64,000 nucleotides of DNA. It comes from Rikenellaceae bacterium (GTDB lineage: Bacteria > Bacteroidota > Bacteroidia > Bacteroidales > UBA932). Position 1 is the first letter of the stretch; each line of letters begins with the position of its first letter. The translations under genes and the position numbers were made by a program. The stretch covers positions 3,472 through 67,471 of the forward strand of contig JALEPJ010000052.1 of assembly GCA_022766385.1 (NCBI GenBank), in the 5' to 3' direction. Of the stretch, positions 58,263-64,000 are shown one piece after another. A model generated the notes under the pieces. It was given only the letters and a program-made list of their open reading frames with translations. It made no database searches and was not told the origin of the DNA.

Positions 58263-58308
58263 TTGTCCCAAAATTGTCCCAAAGAATCAGCGATGATGAT
58301 TTTGGGAC
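58263..58308. repeat. TTGTCCCAAA direct repeat (58263-58272, 58274-58283) plus an inverted copy TTTGGGAC (58301-58308)
   Basis: Read directly. The second direct copy and the inverted copy can form an 8-9 bp hairpin with a ~15-nt loop, between the tRNA terminator and the end of the PIN-like gene. Confidence 0.6.
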
Positions 58309-58401
58309 TATTCCCTACCCTGAAAACGATACCCCCGCAGATTTCTCCACGGAGGGCGTTGTTCTATTGCACATCTATTGGTTGGGACATCGAATTTCAG
58401 G

Positions 58402-58935
58402 CTAAAGATTGCTTATTGTTGGAGTATATTTTGCTACCGACACATTGGGTATATTGTTTCCAGCGGCAATTGCATCCTGAATGCACTTATCACATTCGTC
58501 CTCGCTCATTACTCCATTGCGCCATGCGTACCATACCAAATCTAGAAATGTAATATATGTAATTCCATTCTCCTCACAATATTGTTTCGTGTCTCGTAAA
58601 TTACAGCTTGCAAGAACATCATTATGAGTTTGACAATAAGCCATACACGCAGATTCGCCTTTACCCTTTGTTCTTAATAGTTGGGCATAAATCTGCAAAG
58701 TTTCTTTGTCTGGTTCCCACTTAAGTATAGATATGTTAGGTGTGCTTTTAAACCATTCAAGTTGCCTCTCAATATATTGCTTTGTATCTTGATGCTTTCC
58801 TAATTCTTGAGTCATTACAAGGTCGAGAATCACAAAGTCATATGTCGGCAATACTCTGGGTAAATCGAACAAATGCTGACCGTCAATGAAGTCAATCACA
58901 ACATCTGCATCAAGTAGTATTTTTACCTTATTCAT
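58402..58935 (-). CDS. PIN-like domain protein (putative RNase/toxin component); alternative start 58956
   Basis: N-terminal KILLDADVVIDF, then GESACMAYCQTHNDVLASCNLRDTKQYCEENGITYITFLDLVWYAWRNGV. This parallels the GE..A..LA....LL..D...R..A...G......LL pattern of PIN-fold (DUF3368/VapC-like) proteins. The ATG at 58935 overlaps the ImmA stop within ATGAATAA. Confidence 0.5.
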   Translation of the reverse strand: MNKVKILLDADVVIDFIDGQHLFDLPRVLPTYDFVILDLVMTQELGKHQDTKQYIERQLEWFKSTPNISILKWEPDKETLQIYAQLLRTKGKGESACMAYCQTHNDVLASCNLRDTKQYCEENGITYITFLDLVWYAWRNGVMSEDECDKCIQDAIAAGNNIPNVSVAKYTPTISNL

Positions 58936-59650
58936 CCCCACTATATTTGACGTCATCTAATAATTCAATCAGGTGTCCTTTGGAAATGAGACCAGATTCA
59001 TACAAGGATTGAGCTTTTGAAGAATAATCTCCAATGACCTTATCCTTGATTTTTGGCTTATCAAACACATCTGTCTTAAGACCAAATTCTTTCGCCTTCG
59101 ATACTGGCTGAATTTCCTTCAAAGCCTCAAGACGTTCTGGCGACAGCCCAAGAATTTTGTTTACGCGAACGAGCATCGCCATGTACGAAACACCAAAATA
59201 ATTACACATTACAATTATATGAGCAGCGTTGACAGTTTTCTTATTGCACTCAATTCTCTGCATCACGTCAATAACCCCAGCTTTCGGAAGAAGAAAATAC
59301 GATGCAAACATATTTGCGTGTTTCTCGATTGGTGATTGAGGATTTATTACATCGCAGGAATGCACTTTGAATTCGTGCTCATCTTGAACGTACAAATGAT
59401 ATAATTCATGTGCTATCGTGAAATTTTGTCTTCCAATAACAGTATCAGAGTTGACTAGTATAAAATTGGTTTTCTCATCATACTTTAAGCACATTCCACT
59501 AAAGTCACTGCTCATCGGAGTGAAAACCGTGAGTATGCCCTGCTTCAGCAAAAGTCCTTCAATGTCAACCGGAAGCCTATCACCAAGAAAGAACCGATCT
59601 CTTAGTTGACTGGCTTCATTTTCTATTAAATATTCTGGAATTCTTGCCAT
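58928..59650 (-). CDS. ImmA/IrrE-family (COG2856) zinc metallopeptidase
   Basis: 240 aa; TIAHELYHLYV (HExxH) followed by EKHANMFASYFLLP, the family's second conserved block. The ATG shares one nucleotide with the XRE stop (TAATG). Confidence 0.8.
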   Translation of the reverse strand: MARIPEYLIENEASQLRDRFFLGDRLPVDIEGLLLKQGILTVFTPMSSDFSGMCLKYDEKTNFILVNSDTVIGRQNFTIAHELYHLYVQDEHEFKVHSCDVINPQSPIEKHANMFASYFLLPKAGVIDVMQRIECNKKTVNAAHIIVMCNYFGVSYMAMLVRVNKILGLSPERLEALKEIQPVSKAKEFGLKTDVFDKPKIKDKVIGDYSSKAQSLYESGLISKGHLIELLDDVKYSGDE

Positions 59651-59979
59651 TATCTTTCAATCCTCTGCATTTTTACATAGTTCTTCACGATGGACTTGAA
59701 CTTGGATATTTTTCTAAGATCATTTGTAGATAGGCCGTCAGTACGGAATGCACACACAAGTGTGTCTTTTAATTGATTTTCATCCTCAGCGAAAAAAGAG
59801 GCGAGTTCCACGCCAAAAAAGTCACTGAGTTTTTCAAGGGTTTCAAATGGGATGTCGATGTCTTTGTTTTCGTACTCGGTATAGGTAGGCCTTGCTACAC
59901 CAAGAACATCGGCGACCACCTCCTGGGTATAACCCAGTTTATTTCTAATGGCCTTGATGTTAGTTTGGATTGTCCCCAT
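59650..59979 (-). CDS. XRE-family helix-turn-helix transcriptional regulator
   Basis: 109 aa; IKAIRNKLGYTQEVVADVLGVARPTYTEYENKDIDIPFETLEKLSDFFGV is a classical Cro/C1-type HTH. Confidence 0.85.
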   Translation of the reverse strand: MGTIQTNIKAIRNKLGYTQEVVADVLGVARPTYTEYENKDIDIPFETLEKLSDFFGVELASFFAEDENQLKDTLVCAFRTDGLSTNDLRKISKFKSIVKNYVKMQRIER

Positions 59980-59982
59980 AAT

Positions 59983-60033
59983 ACGTTTCTTTCGTTTTAT
60001 TCGTGATTATTTCGTGTATTTCGTATTCTCGTA
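59983..60033 (-). repeat. Six phased ACG(A/T) repeats in the predicted leader of the XRE gene
   Basis: The minus strand reads TACGAGAA TACGAAAT ACACGAAAT AATCACGAAT AAAACGAAAG AAACGTATT then ATG. Spacing between ACG cores is 8, 9, 11, 9 and 9 nt. These are nearly the only CG dinucleotides in this AT-rich stretch. Confidence 0.65.
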
Positions 60034-60052
60034 TAATCGACTTTTGGCCTGA

Positions 60053-60083
60053 CAAATATACGAATTATTTGAATATGCTCAAA
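60053..60083 (-). promoter_or_regulatory. Consensus Bacteroides promoter for the XRE-ImmA-PIN operon
   Basis: The minus strand reads TTTG-(19 nt)-TATATTTG. The -7 box ends about 73 nt upstream of the XRE ATG, so the ACGA repeats fall just downstream of the predicted start site. Confidence 0.5.
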
Positions 60084-60238
60084 AATTGTCGAAAAACATT
60101 CACCATATTAAATTGTTATAAATCAATGTAATCGGTAAATAATAACACATTACAATTTTTTTTATAATTGCTAAATGTATGCCAAAATGTTATAAAGGGT
60201 TCAATAACATTATGTCTGAATCGAGCGCTTCTTATAGT

Positions 60239-60856
60239 TCAATTTGCAAGGGACTGAAAATTGTTGTTGCGCCCTGATGATACTTTGCCCCTTCTGGCCT
60301 CCTGGGAAGGAGCGCCATACTTCTGGTCATACGCACTCTTGAGGGCGATTGCAGTGGTTACAGGAGTCCGGGGAGCGATGAACTCGGCAGCTTTGCTGTA
60401 AGCACGGCTGATACCGTTGCTCTGAGGAGCGGAAGCGCAGATGATGAGCTTGATGTTGGTCACACTCGTAGGGATAGAATCCAGCTTGAGAGTGAAGACC
60501 TCATCTGACAGTGTGAGGGTGGCAGGTGCAGGAGCATCGAGCCCGCTGAGAGCAGGAGGAGTCTCCATGATGTCACCACCGCAGAAGACAACCCAGTAGT
60601 TCAGACGCATAAACAGGTTGAAGCCTATAATCTTCGTCTTTGAACCGAGAACCGAACGGGCCTCTGCAGAGAGAGCTGCGGAGTTCCAGGCCAGGATATG
60701 GGCGTTGGTGAGAGACTGCCAAGCCTGAGAAAGTTTCTTGAAGATGGCTTTCACAGATGCCTGGTCGGAGGTACGGACGCTTCCGCCGTAACCACGGTTA
60801 CGGATATACTTGCGTCCACGAGTCTTTGCCTCAGTCAAGTAAAAGAAATATACCAC
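60239..60856 (-). CDS. Hypothetical protein (205 aa, GTG start; possibly a gene remnant)
   Basis: Open frame with GC-rich codon usage like the host genes. No ATG start and no motif I recognise; the first in-frame ATG is at codon 97. Confidence 0.4.
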   Translation of the reverse strand: MVYFFYLTEAKTRGRKYIRNRGYGGSVRTSDQASVKAIFKKLSQAWQSLTNAHILAWNSAALSAEARSVLGSKTKIIGFNLFMRLNYWVVFCGGDIMETPPALSGLDAPAPATLTLSDEVFTLKLDSIPTSVTNIKLIICASAPQSNGISRAYSKAAEFIAPRTPVTTAIALKSAYDQKYGAPSQEARRGKVSSGRNNNFQSLAN

Positions 60857-61052
60857 AAGAAAAAAAGCCTGCTGATGTAGATTTCTCAGGAAAAAATTCC
60901 TACATTGCGGAAAGTTGCCGTCACTGAGACAAGTATAGCTGAATTATCGTGAAGGCAAACAAGTTCGCCGTCCGAAAGGCAGAACAGAATATAGCGCATA
61001 AAACAAGAGCAGCCCAGCATGCTCGAAATGCGATATTTAGTTAGTAGGATAT

Positions 61053-62474
61053 ATGGAAAAACTGAATCTCATCAATGACTTCGTTTGGTCTTACGTTATC
61101 ACTCTTGTGCTTGTAGGTGCTGCGCTCTACTTCACCTTCCGTAGTCGCGGGATACAGTTCCGCTATTTCAAGGATGCCATACGCATAATTCTCGGAAAGG
61201 ACAAGAATCCGCACAAGACACTTTATCCGGAGGGAAAAAAGATTGGTTCTTTTCAAGCCTTTGCTATATCCTTGGCCAGCCGTGTAGGAACCGGAAACCT
61301 TGCCGGAGTTGCATCCGCCATCTTTATTGGCGGTCCGGGAGCCGTTTTCTGGATGTGGCTGATGGCCTTACTCGGTGCTGCCACCGCCTTCTTCGAAGCA
61401 ACATTGGCACAACTCTATAAGAAAAAGGGACAGGATGCATTCTATGGCGGACCTGCCTACTATATGGAGAGCGGACTTGGAAAGAAGTGGATGGGAGTCG
61501 TTTTTTCTGTGCTGATGATTCTCTCTTTCGGAATGGCGCAGAACATCGTTCAGTCCCAGACCATTGTATCGGCGATGTCTGACACCTTCAATGTCAGCAC
61601 ATTGCCCCTGGCCATCAGTCTGGCTGTTCTACTTTTCATTATCGTGGTCGGTGGTGTCACCCGCATCTCTTTGATAGTCAGCTACATTGTCCCGTTTATG
61701 GCCATAGGCTACATCCTCCTCGCCCTGGTCGTCATAGCGATGAACATCACTGCTGTCCCTGGCCTGATTGCGCTCATTGTCAAAAGCGCTTTCGGCATCA
61801 GGCAAATTGGCGGCGGTATGATTGGCGCGGCCATCCTTCAAGGCGTCAAGCGCGGACTGTTCTCGAACGAAGCGGGCGAAGGTTCCACCCCGAACGCAGC
61901 AGCTATTGCCGACACCTCGCATCCTGTAAAGCAGGGACTCGTACAGGCGCTTGGCGTTTTTATTGACACCATCGTCATATGCTCGTGCACGGCCTTCATC
62001 ATCCTCCTCTCCGGGCAGCTTGGCAATGGCGAGGACGGCATCATACTCACGAGTCACAGCCTCGAATCGCAAATCGGAATTGCCGGCAAATATTTCATCA
62101 CAGCTGCCATCTTCCTCTTCGCGTTCAGCACCGTCATTGCCAACTACTATTATGGCGAAACAAACATACGCTACATTTTCTCGCACAAAGCACAGAAAAT
62201 CGAGAATGCTGCAGTCGGAATCTACAGATGCATCACCTTTGCGATGATAATACTCGGCGCTTTTCTCACCTTACAGACAGCCTGGGTCTTTGTCGACCTG
62301 TCGATGGGCTTGCTCACCCTTGTCAATGTCAGTGCCCTTATACTCCTCAGCAACAAGGGTTTCAAGCTGATTTCGGATTACAGAAAGCAGCGCAATGAAG
62401 GCATCAAGGACCCTGTTTTCAATAAGCGTGAGATCTTTGCGGAGGAAGCAGACTGCCTTGAGGGCTGGGAATAA
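61053..62474 (+). CDS. Alanine/glycine:cation symporter (AGCS family)
   Basis: 473 aa; SFQAFAISLASRVGTGNLAGVASAIFIGGPGAVFWMW signature; about 11 TM helices. Confidence 0.9.
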   Translation: MEKLNLINDFVWSYVITLVLVGAALYFTFRSRGIQFRYFKDAIRIILGKDKNPHKTLYPEGKKIGSFQAFAISLASRVGTGNLAGVASAIFIGGPGAVFWMWLMALLGAATAFFEATLAQLYKKKGQDAFYGGPAYYMESGLGKKWMGVVFSVLMILSFGMAQNIVQSQTIVSAMSDTFNVSTLPLAISLAVLLFIIVVGGVTRISLIVSYIVPFMAIGYILLALVVIAMNITAVPGLIALIVKSAFGIRQIGGGMIGAAILQGVKRGLFSNEAGEGSTPNAAAIADTSHPVKQGLVQALGVFIDTIVICSCTAFIILLSGQLGNGEDGIILTSHSLESQIGIAGKYFITAAIFLFAFSTVIANYYYGETNIRYIFSHKAQKIENAAVGIYRCITFAMIILGAFLTLQTAWVFVDLSMGLLTLVNVSALILLSNKGFKLISDYRKQRNEGIKDPVFNKREIFAEEADCLEGWE

Positions 62475-62522
62475 CAGGCCGCAGAAGCGTCATTTTTGGT
62501 TTGACAATTAAAATCAACACAT

Positions 62523-64000
62523 ATGAAGAAGACCTTTTTCATTGTATTTCTCGGAATCATTGCCCTTGCCGTTGGCAATGATGCTTTCGCACAGAGACAA
62601 CAGCAGTCCCCTTACGGACCGGCACTCAGCGCCTATTACAATTCCATCGACGCGGGCTCCGGGCTTGCGGAAGGCCGCGGGCAGCAGGAGACACGCAGAC
62701 CAGTTATCGGCGTCAGCGTCAGCAACAGCATGAAAGCCACCTGCACCAAGAGCATTGAACTCGCAGGAGGAATCCCGTTTATTATCCCCGTAAGCGAGGA
62801 CATCAGCACTATGGAAGCAATGCTTTCTATGCTTGACGGACTAATGTTCAGCGGCGGCGAGGATATCAATCCGTCCTGGTACGAAGAGGAAAAGAGCGAA
62901 AAATGCGGAAGCATCAATGACAAGCGTGACAATTACGAGCTGATGCTTTTCAAGATGGCAATGGATCGCAACATCCCAATGCTCGGAGTGTGCCGCGGTC
63001 TGCAGATGGTGAATGTCGCGATGGGAGGAAGCCTCATTCAGGACATCCCGAGTGAGCACCCTTCGGAAATCAAGCACGGAGTATATGACAACTCCCTCGT
63101 TCCCGCCCACGATATCAGGATTGAGGGCAATTCGCTTCTCGCCGACATACTCGGGCGTACGGAGTTGGGAGTCAACAGCCGTCACCATCAGGGTATAGAC
63201 AGACTGGCAACAGGTCTTAAGGCCACAGCCTGGAGCCCGGACGGCATCATCGAGGCAGTGGAGGCATATCCAGCAAGACAGATTCTGGCAGTGCAATTCC
63301 ACCCTGAGCTAAATACTGCCGCAGGTGACACCGTACAGCTTAAGATTTTCAAGCACTTCGTCTCACAGGCCAGCCTCTTCGCCCGCGCAAAGGATATACA
63401 CTCCAGAATAATCTCAGTTGACACCCATTGCGACACCCCGCTCAGTTTCAGCAGAGGAGGCAATCTTGGGGCAAGGTCGCGCCAGCAGGTCAGCATCCCG
63501 AAAATGAGGGAAGGCTATCTCGATGCGCAGTATCTCGCGGCCTTTCTCTCACAAAGAGAGGAGGACGAAGAAGCTCTTGCCAAGGCAGCCGCCAGCTGTG
63601 AAAGCATCATTGCCTCGATTCATCAGCAGATTGAGGGCAATGCCGAAGCCTGCGGAGTGGCAGTGACAATGGAAGACGCACTGAAGCTAAAGGCCGAGGG
63701 CAAGAAAGCCTTCTTTATTGGAATCGAGAACGGTTACGGCCTCGGAGGAGATTTGCGCAACATCAAGAAATTCAGAGACTTGGGAGTAGGATACATCACC
63801 CTATGCCATAGCCGTGACAATAAAATCTGCCACAGTTCCACATATACAGAGGACGAAAATCTGGGGCTGACGGAGTTCGGCAAGAAGGTGGTAAAGGAGA
63901 TGAACAGGCTCGGAGTTCTGATTGACCTGAGTCACGCCAGCAGGGGTACTTTCTATGACGTTATGAAATACAGCAAGCTCCCGGTCATCTGCTCTCACAG
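62523..64000 (+). CDS. Secreted fusion protein: C26 gamma-glutamyl hydrolase-like (class I amidotransferase fold) domain plus M19 membrane-dipeptidase domain; 3' end outside the window
   Basis: Open frame from the ATG at 62523 to the window edge, so it is absent from the ORF track. Signal MKKTFFIVFLGIIALAVGNDAFAQ; the GVCRGLQMVN nucleophile-Cys motif and FHPE; then VDTHCDTP and LIDLSHAS, typical of M19 dipeptidases. Confidence 0.8.
   Translation, partial: MKKTFFIVFLGIIALAVGNDAFAQRQQQSPYGPALSAYYNSIDAGSGLAEGRGQQETRRPVIGVSVSNSMKATCTKSIELAGGIPFIIPVSEDISTMEAMLSMLDGLMFSGGEDINPSWYEEEKSEKCGSINDKRDNYELMLFKMAMDRNIPMLGVCRGLQMVNVAMGGSLIQDIPSEHPSEIKHGVYDNSLVPAHDIRIEGNSLLADILGRTELGVNSRHHQGIDRLATGLKATAWSPDGIIEAVEAYPARQILAVQFHPELNTAAGDTVQLKIFKHFVSQASLFARAKDIHSRIISVDTHCDTPLSFSRGGNLGARSRQQVSIPKMREGYLDAQYLAAFLSQREEDEEALAKAAASCESIIASIHQQIEGNAEACGVAVTMEDALKLKAEGKKAFFIGIENGYGLGGDLRNIKKFRDLGVGYITLCHSRDNKICHSSTYTEDENLGLTEFGKKVVKEMNRLGVLIDLSHASRGTFYDVMKYSKLPVICSH

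Larger units (their letters stand above)
58218..60238. mobile_element. Probable horizontally acquired islet at the tRNA-Arg 3' side (no integrase, no recognisable att repeat)
   Basis: 60-nt lines I hand-counted inside it give about 37-45% GC, against about 57% for a line in dnaJ. It contains only the XRE/ImmA/PIN cassette and AT-rich flanks. The boundaries are approximate. Confidence 0.4.

Noticed and set aside
58172-58553. Plus-strand ORFs 58172-58405 and 58263-58553
   Set aside because: They begin inside the tRNA or its terminator and run antisense into the PIN-like gene. No coding features.
58218-61052. Search by eye for a direct repeat of the tRNA-Arg 3' end (GGTTTGAATCCTGTAGGAGTCA) that would mark an att site for the islet
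   Set aside because: I found no copy or partial copy of 8 nt or more. The islet boundaries therefore stay approximate, and the mobile-element call is low confidence.
1-64000. CRISPR arrays, rRNA genes, IS elements with terminal inverted repeats, and long (>100 bp) duplicated segments
   Set aside because: None seen on reading both strands. The only tandem or iterated repeats found are the short ones listed as features. The two POT genes are diverged paralogues, not a recent duplication.

Overview
This 64-kb window looks like a Bacteroidales (Bacteroidota) chromosome segment. The evidence is a SusC/SusD pair, several TAnnTTTG/TTTG promoter matches, a DUF2795 protein, a 58-aa histone-H1-like protein and many lipoprotein signal peptides. 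I call about 54 protein genes and one tRNA-Arg(ACG). I found no rRNA and no CRISPR array.

Most genes are housekeeping: folE, fhs, tpiA, tyrS, rbfA, pth, rplY, xerD, uvrA, grpE, dnaJ, rplS, trkA, tldD and pmbA. About ten genes belong to peptidase families, which is unusually many for this length.

Regions that stand out:
1. 58218-60238: a lower-GC islet directly after tRNA-Arg. It carries a translationally coupled XRE / ImmA-IrrE / PIN-like three-gene cassette with its own consensus promoter and a phased-repeat leader. This is my best candidate for an uncharacterised toxin-antitoxin or defence-type module.
2. 32241-43960: a seven-gene, single-promoter SusC/SusD operon. Its only inner-membrane transporters are two tandem POT-family paralogues.
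3. 47158-50647: a zeta-toxin-like P-loop gene with no antitoxin partner, translationally coupled to tldD-pmbA.
4. 1-656: the 5' end of an integrase at the left edge, next to three GGCAAGGA direct repeats.
5. 31858-32240: a structured 383-bp intergenic region with a perfect 13-bp inverted repeat and an orphan terminator.

All family assignments come from motifs read by eye. No database search was run.
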